Of a DNA stretch of 52,251 bases, positions 8,791-17,244 are shown in pieces. Both the position numbers and the translations under genes were made by a program. The notes beneath the pieces were generated by a model. The model saw nothing but the letters and a program-made list of their open reading frames with translations. It was not told the DNA's origin and did no database searches. Source of the stretch: a virus (lineage: Duplodnaviria; Caudoviricetes); the IMG/VR virus record IMGVR_UViG_3300033148_006861, positions 1-52,251 of that record; one strand, 5' to 3'. Numbering within the stretch: position 1 is the first letter of the stretch; every line of letters begins with the position of its first letter.

Positions 8791-8930
8791 ATGCCTACCG
8801 AACATTACATAATTCTCACTGTTATTTTTCAAGAAGAAGATGATGGCATCTGGACCGCAAGATGTAATGAATATTGATGTCACATGATCTTCCTGCAATA
8901 TCAGGCAAGAAACTAATAAAACTCCTATAA
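8791..8930 (+). pseudogene. Truncated hicB- and hicA-like remnants
   Basis: MPTEHYIILTVIFQEEDDGIWTARCNEY* (8791-8877) coupled by TGATG to MSHDLPAISGKKLIKLL* (8877-8930). Confidence 0.6.
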
Positions 8931-8948
8931 AAAGAGATAAAATTGCGC

Positions 8949-8977
8949 TTGACAGTTATTTTAAAATTTGTTATACT
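8949..8977 (+). promoter_or_regulatory. Strong sigma70-type promoter
   Basis: TTGACA-N17-TATACT with extended -10 TG. Confidence 0.8.
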
Positions 8978-9017
8978 ATAACAAAATGCTGATTCAAAAA
9001 ATGAAGGGTAACAAAAA

Positions 9018-9263
9018 ATGTCAAAACTTTTAGAAAAAGAATTCCGATTTTTTGTTGACCACCAAGATGAACTTGTCGAAAAATACAACGGGAAAGTACT
9101 TGTAATAAAAAATGAAAAAGTTATCGGAACATACGACTCTGAATTGGATGCTTTGATTGAAACAAGAAAAAAATATAAAGAAGGTACTTTTCTCATTCAA
9201 AAATGTGAAGCAGGTTCTGATGTTTACACCGCAACATTTCATTCGAGAGTAGCTTTTGCATAA
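9018..9263 (+). CDS. DUF5678-like small protein
   Basis: FFVDHQDELVEKYNGKVLVIKNEKVIGTYDS...TFLIQKC pattern. Confidence 0.7.
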   Translation: MSKLLEKEFRFFVDHQDELVEKYNGKVLVIKNEKVIGTYDSELDALIETRKKYKEGTFLIQKCEAGSDVYTATFHSRVAFA

Positions 9264-9306
9264 ATAATGTTGGGCAAATATATAAATAAAGGAGGGAAAC
9301 ATTATT

Positions 9307-9639
9307 ATGGAAAAAGAATTAAAAATTAAATTTCATATACCCGATAATCATAAACTCCACTTTGTTACCAGTGTTTGGGGAGGAGTTAATGCAAAAGGAA
9401 TGGTAGAAATAAATTTTTTACATGATCGGCCTCCATTACCTAAATCATCTGTTGATGTTGTCGATGAATTAGGTAATCTCATAAAAAGTAAAATTGACAC
9501 ATCTGGTTATGAGCTTGTAAGAATAGTACAAACTGGAGTAGTTATGGATATAGATTCTGCAAAAAATTTACTAAATTGGTTAAAAGAAAAAATAGATGCT
9601 TGGGAACTAAGGAATAAGGGAGCGGAAGATGTACACTGA
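9307..9639 (+). CDS. Cassette ORF1, DUF3467-like protein
   Basis: VTSVWGGVNAKG.VEINF.HDR...MDIDSAKNLLNWL pattern; GGAGG RBS. Confidence 0.6.
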   Translation: MEKELKIKFHIPDNHKLHFVTSVWGGVNAKGMVEINFLHDRPPLPKSSVDVVDELGNLIKSKIDTSGYELVRIVQTGVVMDIDSAKNLLNWLKEKIDAWELRNKGAEDVH

Positions 9640-10066
9640 TCTTGATTATAATACTTCAACAGGAATTTGGGTTAGCTTTGGCTTTTTTGCAGGCATTTCA
9701 TATACGACGAATCAATTTAGAGAAAGTAAAAACACTTTTTCTTATTCTGTGCCCAAACATGTGAGTGTATATGATAAAGTTTTTGATATTGAGGAATTGC
9801 CTATAAATGAAATTAGAAATGATAATACTATATTAATTTTAAATTGGCCAATTACTCTTAAAATGGAAAATAATGAAGAAGTTTTCATAGTATCTAATGA
9901 TGATTTAAATCTTCACGGTATTGGATTTTCAAAAGAAGACGCTTTGTCAGATTTCAATTCTTCATTTATCCATTTTTGGAATTATTATATGGAAATTGAT
10001 GAAAATAAAATAATTGGTTATGCAAAAAGATTAAAAGCATTATTTACGAATATAGTAAAGGAGTAA
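9629..10066 (+). CDS. Cassette ORF2, HicB-like antitoxin fold
   Basis: VSNDDLNLHGIGFSKEDALSDF...WNYY HicB-like core. Confidence 0.55.
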   Translation: MYTDLDYNTSTGIWVSFGFFAGISYTTNQFRESKNTFSYSVPKHVSVYDKVFDIEELPINEIRNDNTILILNWPITLKMENNEEVFIVSNDDLNLHGIGFSKEDALSDFNSSFIHFWNYYMEIDENKIIGYAKRLKALFTNIVKE

Positions 10067-10070
10067 TTAA

Positions 10071-10361
10071 ATGCAGATTCCAAAAAAAGAGATTGAAAGA
10101 AGTCTCTTAAAAAAGGGATTTGTAAAAGAGCATGGTGATCATAATTATTTTTATCACGAATATGAGGGAAAACGAACTGGTGCTTATGCTAAAACATCAT
10201 ATGGTTCAAAGTACAAAGATTATGGTATCAACCTAATTAAATTTTTAAAAAAGCAATTAAAATTGGATCAAAATGATCAAGCAATTAAGTTATTAAAATG
10301 TCCTATGAATAAGCAAGACTATGAAACAATTTTACAGAAAAAGGGAATCATTCCCAAATAA
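10071..10361 (+). CDS. Cassette ORF3, HicA-like toxin
   Basis: IERSLLKKGF...GDHNYFY...SYG...KKQLKL...CPM. Confidence 0.65.
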   Translation: MQIPKKEIERSLLKKGFVKEHGDHNYFYHEYEGKRTGAYAKTSYGSKYKDYGINLIKFLKKQLKLDQNDQAIKLLKCPMNKQDYETILQKKGIIPK

Positions 10362-10369
10362 AGTAATGG

Positions 10370-10445
10370 GTCCAACAAGGCGCTGCACCTGATGACCGCT
10401 ATTCCGCTGACGCACCATAGCGGCAAGTGAGCTTAGTTGTTATGA
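10370..10445 (+). repeat. attC recombination site (76 bp)
   Basis: R'' GTCCAAC, 5-bp spacer, L'' GCT(G)CAC with extrahelical base, inner stem CCGCTAT/ATAGCGG, L' GTGAGC, 6-bp spacer, R' GTTATGA. Confidence 0.85.
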
Positions 10446-10591
10446 ATATACCAACGCTCAGTTTAACTATAGAATTTTCAAATCGAGTAAATGTAATATC
10501 CTCTGATGTTGAGATAGCGAAAGCTCAACAATTTGACCCTAATTTACCTCCTCCCCATCTTACTGCTGATCTAAAATATCTTTTATTTTAG
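10442..10591 (+). pseudogene. Truncated N-terminus of a retropepsin-like aspartyl protease (usual DUF5678 partner)
   Basis: MNIPTLSLTIEFSNRVNVISSDVEIAKAQQFDPNLPPPH... ends before any DTGA motif. Confidence 0.45.
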
Positions 10592-10619
10592 TGCCAAAAC
10601 GATAATAGAGATAATAATA

Positions 10620-11690
10620 ATGGCTCACATCCAAAAAATCAGACTCAAAAAAGGCACTGCTTATCGGATTTATTATTACAAAGACAGCATTCCCCGCCAA
10701 AAATATATCTCATATAAACAAAAGAAAAATCTAAAAGACATAAAAAAATTTGCTAATCAATTAGAGGCAAACGAACTTTCTGAACCATTCTCAAAAACAA
10801 TCACTCTTAAAGACTTCAAAAAAGTCTATTCCGAAAATCGAAAACATGAAAAAGATATAAGCAGAAATATTTATGCTCTAAATCTTCTAATATCCTTCCT
10901 TGATGAAGCTCTCAGATTAGACAAAATTAATCATGTTGCAATTCACCGCTTCCGTGATTATTTACTTGAGAAAAGATTAACGCAAGTTCCGCCTGCTCAA
11001 TTAACCTATCAGCGGGAGCAAAAGATTAGACGCGGGGTCAATAAAGAGCTTGCAAACCTCAGAACAATTTTTCGATGGGCAAAGAAAAAAGATTATATAT
11101 CTACCGATGTTTTTGAGAAGGTAGATTTTCTTGAAGCTGCTCAGCCCTTGCCAAATGTTTTATCAAGTGAACAAGAAAAATTATTTTACAAGGCATTGCC
11201 GAAATTTTCAACAAGCCGTTCAAGCAGGTACTCGGGCTATCGGCTGGCTTGGCTGATAATGAGGTTTACAGGATTGAGGCGAAAAGAATGTATGACTTTA
11301 AAGTGGGAGAATATAGATTTTAATGGCGAGTTAATTTTTCTTGAACGTACTAAAAATGGTGATGAAGTTTTTATACCATTGCATCCAAAGCTAAAGAGGA
11401 TATTGAAATTTTTAAATAGAGAAGGAAAATATAGCGGCAGGGTCATTCCTTATGGAAAAGACTATTTAACGAATGGATTTCGGCGTGCATTGAATCGGGC
11501 AGGATTAAGCCATTTAAAAAGCCCCGTACATATTCTCCGGCATACTTACATTACAAAAATAGTAAAGCAGTCGAAAAATATCTACCTGGCACAAAAGGCA
11601 GCCCGCCATAAGAATGTTCAAACAACAAAAATCTACGAGCATGTTGCTTTGGCGGAACTAAAAAAAGATTTGGAAAATGTCAATTTTTAA
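10620..11690 (+). CDS. int: Phage tyrosine integrase
   Basis: TGLRRKE, RTKNG, HILRH, ARHKNVQTTKIY catalytic R-K-H-R-H-Y set. Confidence 0.95.
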   Translation: MAHIQKIRLKKGTAYRIYYYKDSIPRQKYISYKQKKNLKDIKKFANQLEANELSEPFSKTITLKDFKKVYSENRKHEKDISRNIYALNLLISFLDEALRLDKINHVAIHRFRDYLLEKRLTQVPPAQLTYQREQKIRRGVNKELANLRTIFRWAKKKDYISTDVFEKVDFLEAAQPLPNVLSSEQEKLFYKALPKFSTSRSSRYSGYRLAWLIMRFTGLRRKECMTLKWENIDFNGELIFLERTKNGDEVFIPLHPKLKRILKFLNREGKYSGRVIPYGKDYLTNGFRRALNRAGLSHLKSPVHILRHTYITKIVKQSKNIYLAQKAARHKNVQTTKIYEHVALAELKKDLENVNF

Positions 11691-11694
11691 CAAA

Positions 11695-11940
11695 AAAAAT
11701 ATTACAAATTTCTTACAAAATCGCAAATTACTGATCGGTTTTACAATAAGTTATGTCACTTTAATTTTGTCTCCGGAGGCCAATGCTCTATCCGATTGAG
11801 CTACTGGCGCATGTCGATTAATTCTTTATTTTACAATTGGTTCACTCAAGCACAGAATAGGCTGTATTTTCTTAAAATTAATGGAAAAGTGCATTTTTTG
11901 ACATCTTTTATCAAAAAATATTACAAAAATATTACAAAAA
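11695..11940. promoter_or_regulatory. attP region with arm-type direct repeats (AAAAATATTAC)
   Basis: Copies at 11695-11720 (second degenerate) and 11914-11940 flank the tRNA fragment. Confidence 0.7.
11771..11810 (-). tRNA. 5' half of tRNA-Arg(CCG), attP core (not a complete tRNA)
   Basis: GCGCCAGTAGCTCAATCGGATAGAGCATTGGCCTCCGGAG = acceptor 5' strand, D-arm, anticodon loop CCG; no T-arm follows. Confidence 0.88.
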
Positions 11941-12003
11941 ATTGTAGTTCGTTTTCCTGCTTTTTGTTTAATTAAATTATGAATAATTAATCTAAAAACC
12001 AAG

Positions 12004-12050
12004 AAAAAAAAATAGCGGGCTATCTGACTTCATCAGATGTTTCCCGCTAT
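12004..12050 (-). terminator. Rho-independent terminator ending the late operon
   Basis: ATAGCGGG/CCCGCTAT stem followed by a long T run on the minus strand. Confidence 0.75.
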
Positions 12051-12066
12051 CCCATTACACGTGTAA

Positions 12067-12237
12067 TTAATCGTTATATTCATCCCAAAGGTCGCTCATC
12101 GTTTGGAAAATGGCATCTTTGATTTCGCCGATGTCAAGGTGCTCATCTTCTTCATAATCAGTACAAAGTTTTTCTCCGGTCCGAAATAGAACCTTTGCAA
12201 CCTCGATGGGCTTTAAACCAGTTTTAGGCTCATCCAT
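12067..12237 (-). CDS. Small acidic hypothetical protein (56 aa, not in ORF track)
   Basis: MDEPKTGLKPIEVAKVLF...; GGAGGTG RBS. Confidence 0.6.
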   Translation of the reverse strand: MDEPKTGLKPIEVAKVLFRTGEKLCTDYEEDEHLDIGEIKDAIFQTMSDLWDEYND

Positions 12238-12238
12238 A

Positions 12239-12424
12239 TTACTCACCTCCTTTTATCGCCTTATTAATTTTCCTACCTTTATCGGCAACTCCCACGCCTC
12301 CAACAATTACAGCCGCAATTTTGAGCGGCAAATTTAATCCGCCGGCATAATCAGACGCAGTCCACAAAACCAACCCGATTGTGGTTTTGCTGCCGTCTAT
12401 TGCCTTCCAGATTTTTTTGAACAT
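12239..12424 (-). CDS. Putative holin-like small membrane protein
   Basis: DGSKTTIG then two short hydrophobic segments and a basic C-terminus; end of late operon. Confidence 0.55.
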   Translation of the reverse strand: MFKKIWKAIDGSKTTIGLVLWTASDYAGGLNLPLKIAAVIVGGVGVADKGRKINKAIKGGE

Positions 12425-12439
12425 CGAAATCTCACCTCG

Positions 12440-12823
12440 CTATTTTATTAATTTAATAATTACACAACTTGGCCTTCCCGGCGGTGCATCCATCACATTG
12501 AAAAAGAAAGGTTCGCTCGGCTTCGATTCGTTCCCAGCCCGATCCACTGCTGTCATTGCAATACACCACTCACCCAAATCCAAATGCAGATTATAACGAT
12601 ATTCACAAGTATCTTGTTCTGTCCATTCATTAATGTACATTGCCATAAAGTTTGTATGGCATGAATCACTTGAAAAATAAGCAATATATTTTACGACATC
12701 AGTATCTGGCGGAGCGATCCACTGCAATCTAACTTCTGAACCTTGTGGAATATTGGGTTGTTGAGCAAAGACATTAAACCCCAAACCCAGTATTACGAAA
12801 AAATTTAAAAGAATAATTTTCAT
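12440..12823 (-). CDS. Secreted fibronectin type III domain protein
   Basis: Signal peptide MKIILL...VFA; LQWIAP..DVVKY...TAVDRAGNES FN3 pattern. Confidence 0.75.
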   Translation of the reverse strand: MKIILLNFFVILGLGFNVFAQQPNIPQGSEVRLQWIAPPDTDVVKYIAYFSSDSCHTNFMAMYINEWTEQDTCEYRYNLHLDLGEWCIAMTAVDRAGNESKPSEPFFFNVMDAPPGRPSCVIIKLIK

Positions 12824-12862
12824 CTCAATTCCACCATTGTACCCAACTGCCAAATTACTTCA

Positions 12863-12898
12863 CCAATGGCGGCCAAGACTAATCATAGCCGCCATTGG
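12863..12898. terminator. Hairpin after the C25 protease gene
   Basis: 11-bp inverted repeat CCAATGGCGGC/GCCGCCATTGG. Confidence 0.6.
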
Positions 12899-12910
12899 GT
12901 TTTTAATTCT

Positions 12911-15900
12911 TTACTTTGTTAATACCATTTTGATTGTTTGCCGCTTGTCATTTACAACAAGCTGCCCAAAATAAAGACCGCTTGCCACTATCCGACCTGC
13001 ATTATCTTTACCATTCCAAACAATTCTGTGCTGGCCAGCATCCATGTATTTGTCCACTAAGGATTGCACCAATCGGCCAGTTATGTCATAAATGGCGAAT
13101 TTAACATGGGCGCTTTTCGGAAGATCGAAAGCTATCGCTGTGGTTGCGTTAAATGGATTTGGACAAGCAAAAATCAATGTTTCATCTTTTTCATCAAAGC
13201 GGTATTCGTTGGCCTTGACCTGTTTTCCCTTATATCTCAAATAAGCAAGATCATCTTCCACCGTTAATTTTGCCATTTTAATGGCTCGATCAAGATTTTC
13301 GTCATTTGGATATCGCTCTTTTAATAATCCGACAATTCTACTTTCAGAATCTTCATCTTGAGCCAAAGCATAGTAGTAAACCATATCCAACAACAATTCT
13401 CTATCGAAAAGACTGTTTTTAGGTGCGGCTAAAGCATATTGTTCGGCTGTTGATAATTGACCAATTCCTGCATAATAATACAAGAAAAATGACCTCGCCT
13501 TTTGCTTAATAGATTGATCTGGTGATTTTTCAACTACATCTTTGAAAAATTTCAAATAATCTTTTTCGCTATGCGTTTTACGAATTGCAAGAGATAGCTT
13601 GGATAATGCTCTCCTTGCATCAGGACGACCAATATTATTTCTTAAAGCATTTACAAGCTCTGGAATGGCTTGGGCAAATTTTCTTTCTTTTACAAGTCCT
13701 AATCCATTTGCAAATGGTGAAACGCTTATTTTCCAAGTAGTCCCTGCGTCCGGCTCGTTACCTGAGGCTAATGCAGGATCATAATCAACCGTTCCATTGA
13801 AATAAGACGAAGAAGGCAATCCGCCATCGTCCCAATAACAATTCTCTGCATCAACAGAATTGCCTGTACAATTGTTGATATAATAAGAGCTGCCGGGGCC
13901 TTCAAAAATGCCGTAATTAAAAGAAAAGTCTCCGCCATCCAAAGCAATTACCGATGTGCTTACGTCATCAGAATAATAATTTCCAGTATTTGATGTTCCT
14001 CCAAAAGTACCGCCTGTTGCTGAACCAGTCGAATAGACCTGTTGGTTTCCGCTCGGATGTCCATTGCAGTCATTATTTTTAACTGTGGGATCACCGCCAT
14101 TATGAATGTAAATACATGTCAATCCGCTAAGTTTGTTGTCAAGAATATCTGGATCAGCCGAACTCTGAACAGCAATTGAAAATGAACCTTGAGCAATATC
14201 ATTCTTTTTAAAAGTTGGCGATGAACTGCCGCCAATAGCCCATAAGCCATATTGATTGTGATCAAGGTCGCAGCTCTCGATTGTCGGAGAACAATCCTGT
14301 GCTCTTACACCTCTCCGTGCTCTTTGAATCGTACATTTCTTTAAATACGAGGAACTTGTTGCCTCATCAAAGACAATCCCATACCAAGAATTATCGCTTG
14401 CAGTAGTGCTCTTAAATGTAGCACTATCCGCTTTAAGCGTTCCCTCAATAATCAATTCGGCTTTATTGCTATCATAACCGCCAGAACGGTCATCGGTATT
14501 GGCTTTAAAAAGCAATTCTGCTCCGGGAAATATCTCCATTGTTTTACCAGACGAAACAGTCAAATCGCCGTTAATTCTTATTTTTCCGATCATCCAAGTA
14601 TCTTTTGTCAAAGTTCCGCCTGTCATCCAAATTGTCGGTTTTACAGAGGCGTTATCTCTTGTGAATGCAACATATAATGGACGATTTGATGTATTAAAAG
14701 TTGCCGTTTCGTTAGCTATAATAGTTTGGCTATCAAACCATCCCGTATTGGGTGCATAGGCTGATACCCGTGTCAAATAATTAAGATATTGGCCTGAATA
14801 AGCAGTTACCGAATTTGCTGAAACTGAAAGGTAAGAGTTGGGAGCTGCTTCTGAGGTAGTCGGATCGCTTGTTCTTTTTGAAAGAGTCGGATCGCCTACA
14901 TAACTTGTATGAGCTGACACTAAAGAATCTGTCCCAAAACGATCTCTCACCATACCTCTAAATATTTGTCCCCATGTATTAAATGATGAATCTGTTATAG
15001 CAGCAAAAGTTCTATTATACCATTGTCCTTCATAATAATAATTGTTAACAACAGCAGCATCAGAATCGTATTTGCCAAAACCGCCAATAGGACCTTCGTA
15101 ATTGTAATTAGTTTGACATAATAGTTGATCTATCAAATTCCATTTAGTTTGTAATTGTTGCTGATAATAAGTGCCTATACATGCTTGAAAGCATCCTGTA
15201 ATAATAAAAAATTGATTATTTTCAATTGTTATTAATGGTAAATCCGAAACAGACCAATCTAAATCTGGATTTGCATTGTTTAAATAAGCAAAATAATGAA
15301 TATTTCCATGCCCCCAATATAATACAAGAAAATTCTTTGCCCAATGGACTTCAATAGAATCAGGATTTGTCCATGAACTGAATGGTGAATTATCAAAAAA
15401 CATTGAATCTATTGGTCCCCAATTAAAATCATATAATGCTTTATAATCATTCCGTGCATAAAAACGCCAATTAGGATCATTATCACGTTTATATGCGGCC
15501 ATGTTAGTTGCTGATTTTGGATTATATGATTGTGGGTTGAATTCATAATAAAGCAATTTTATCAAAGCTTTATTTGCATTTGATTCACCTTGAAATCTTC
15601 CAATTATCAAATTGGCTGTATGTTTTTTAGCGCTTGTTGAATGATCATGGGAAGCATAATACCAATCAGTATGTATTGGATAAGGTGAATTATAAAATTT
15701 CACGCGATTTGATGGAATTTCACTAACATTTCCCAATAAAAAGACATAATGATTATTTCCCGGATACCAAGTATTGTGAATCCATTGCCAAACATGAGCA
15801 GTATCTTTGGGGCTAAAGTCATCAACGTCTTTCAATGTCACATCAAAACCAAGCAAAGATTTATACATCTTATATTGTTCAACATAATTATCGAACCTAT

Positions 15901-16003
15901 TACAATAAATAATTGCCAACTCTTTGCCCTTTGCCAGAATACTATTTGTTAGAGATAACAGCAAAAGGATCGCTAACATCAAAATTAAGAATGAACGTCT
16001 CAT
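12911..16003 (-). CDS. Secreted C25 (gingipain-like) cysteine peptidase + beta-helix + TPR-like + FlgD-Ig/T9SS-like C-terminal domain
   Basis: Signal peptide; YVFLLGN, TDWYYA, IIGRF, YWGHG (His), ITGC (Cys), VGDPTL; beta-helix repeats; PNPFNATT...IYDITGRLV...WNGKD...SGLYF. Confidence 0.8.
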   Translation of the reverse strand: MRRSFLILMLAILLLLSLTNSILAKGKELAIIYCNRFDNYVEQYKMYKSLLGFDVTLKDVDDFSPKDTAHVWQWIHNTWYPGNNHYVFLLGNVSEIPSNRVKFYNSPYPIHTDWYYASHDHSTSAKKHTANLIIGRFQGESNANKALIKLLYYEFNPQSYNPKSATNMAAYKRDNDPNWRFYARNDYKALYDFNWGPIDSMFFDNSPFSSWTNPDSIEVHWAKNFLVLYWGHGNIHYFAYLNNANPDLDWSVSDLPLITIENNQFFIITGCFQACIGTYYQQQLQTKWNLIDQLLCQTNYNYEGPIGGFGKYDSDAAVVNNYYYEGQWYNRTFAAITDSSFNTWGQIFRGMVRDRFGTDSLVSAHTSYVGDPTLSKRTSDPTTSEAAPNSYLSVSANSVTAYSGQYLNYLTRVSAYAPNTGWFDSQTIIANETATFNTSNRPLYVAFTRDNASVKPTIWMTGGTLTKDTWMIGKIRINGDLTVSSGKTMEIFPGAELLFKANTDDRSGGYDSNKAELIIEGTLKADSATFKSTTASDNSWYGIVFDEATSSSYLKKCTIQRARRGVRAQDCSPTIESCDLDHNQYGLWAIGGSSSPTFKKNDIAQGSFSIAVQSSADPDILDNKLSGLTCIYIHNGGDPTVKNNDCNGHPSGNQQVYSTGSATGGTFGGTSNTGNYYSDDVSTSVIALDGGDFSFNYGIFEGPGSSYYINNCTGNSVDAENCYWDDGGLPSSSYFNGTVDYDPALASGNEPDAGTTWKISVSPFANGLGLVKERKFAQAIPELVNALRNNIGRPDARRALSKLSLAIRKTHSEKDYLKFFKDVVEKSPDQSIKQKARSFFLYYYAGIGQLSTAEQYALAAPKNSLFDRELLLDMVYYYALAQDEDSESRIVGLLKERYPNDENLDRAIKMAKLTVEDDLAYLRYKGKQVKANEYRFDEKDETLIFACPNPFNATTAIAFDLPKSAHVKFAIYDITGRLVQSLVDKYMDAGQHRIVWNGKDNAGRIVASGLYFGQLVVNDKRQTIKMVLTK

Positions 16004-16095
16004 TTTAAATCTCCTTTCTAAAAATTTTTTTCTGCATTTTTCATTATTTGCTTTTATTTGTTAATAGTAGATGTAATAATGAAAAGGAGTAAATT

Positions 16096-16977
16096 ATGAA
16101 AAAGAATCTGATTATTTTAAGCTACTTTGTAATGATTTGCATTAGTTTCAATCTCGCTATTGCAAATGATTCAACCTTAGTGTTTAAATATTGGCCTATT
16201 TCTGTTGGAAATGAATGGATTTTTCAAGAGCCAGCCTTTAATGGGAATAATTGGGATGAAGTCAGCTTCACAAAAATTGAGGTAAAGGAAAAGTCATCTT
16301 TTGATAGTTTGACATTTTCTTTTTGTAGCGGTATATCTGATCCTTACTGCAATAAAGACTATACCAATTTTGGATGTTTTAAGTATTGGGTTTTAATAGA
16401 ACCACCATCAAAAATTTTTGGTATCGCCTATTTTGCTGAATATTCTCCACCAAAAATTTATAAACAATATCTTATGATTGATTTTGCTGATACTTCAATA
16501 ATGAGTTATGATTCCACGATTACTGTTCCGGCTGGGTCTTTTGAGCATTGTATCGTATTTAGTAATGGAGCTTGTTACGCCCCCGACATCGGGCCTATTA
16601 CCAATCTCATTTACGCTAAAGTTAATGGAATCGAATATGGTGCTTATAATCCGCCGCCACCCACCTCAGTCGAAATTGTCAAAGAACAAACCCATCCTTC
16701 CGCTTTCAGGCTTTACCAGAACTATCCTAATCCTTTCAATGGCTCGACTGAGATTCGATTTAATTTAGAAGAACCTTCCGAAGTTATCCTGTCTGTTTAC
16801 AACTTACAGGGCAGGGAAATTAAAAAACTCATACAATCGCAATGCCCAGCCGGCAGTCATCGAGTTATTTGGGACGGCACTGTAATTAATGGCCAAATAG
16901 TTTCATCCGGCATCTATTTCATCAAGCTCAAGGCGCACGGATTCGAGCAAACCATAAAGGCCATTTACGTTCGATAA
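16096..16977 (+). CDS. Secreted protein with FlgD-Ig/T9SS-like C-terminal domain
   Basis: Signal peptide; YWPISVGNEWIF, TVPAGSF; LYQNYPNPFN...WDG...SSGIYF. Confidence 0.85.
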   Translation: MKKNLIILSYFVMICISFNLAIANDSTLVFKYWPISVGNEWIFQEPAFNGNNWDEVSFTKIEVKEKSSFDSLTFSFCSGISDPYCNKDYTNFGCFKYWVLIEPPSKIFGIAYFAEYSPPKIYKQYLMIDFADTSIMSYDSTITVPAGSFEHCIVFSNGACYAPDIGPITNLIYAKVNGIEYGAYNPPPPTSVEIVKEQTHPSAFRLYQNYPNPFNGSTEIRFNLEEPSEVILSVYNLQGREIKKLIQSQCPAGSHRVIWDGTVINGQIVSSGIYFIKLKAHGFEQTIKAIYVR

Positions 16978-17027
16978 ATGTTTTTAAAACAGGGGAGTCG
17001 CCAAACATGCCGAGACTGAGGTATCCT

Positions 17028-17234
17028 TTATTTATGGTTCAAAACATACTCATAAATTTCATCTAATTTCTTCGTCATTGCACTAATTTGTTTTTCTAAA
17101 TTTAAATGTTTCAAATTGCAAACTTCTTTGGACACGTGTTTATTATTCCTGCCAAGTTTTATTATCGCAGTTGTAACAGCACCAAAAAACCCAATTGATA
17201 AACTTGCTAATGCTATTCCAGTACCCATATCCAT
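17028..17234 (-). CDS. Small membrane protein (holin-like)
   Basis: N-terminal TM helix plus coiled coil; follows tail genes. Confidence 0.5.
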   Translation of the reverse strand: MDMGTGIALASLSIGFFGAVTTAIIKLGRNNKHVSKEVCNLKHLNLEKQISAMTKKLDEIYEYVLNHK

Positions 17235-17244
17235 CTCATAATCC

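Larger units (their letters stand above)
9269..10445 (+). mobile_element. Integron-type gene cassette (three ORFs + attC) inserted at a GTT site
   Basis: Begins G^TTGGGC (9269), near-complement of the attC R'' GTCCAAC (10370); ends at attC R' G^TTATGA (10439). Confidence 0.75.

Noticed and set aside
10620-11690. Integrase as an integron integrase because of the adjacent attC
   Set aside because: No IntI-specific insertion is evident before the HxxR motif; it lies downstream of the cassette in the same orientation and has its own tRNA-type attP
11771-11810. Functional phage tRNA gene
   Set aside because: Lacks the 3' anticodon stem, T-arm and acceptor 3' strand
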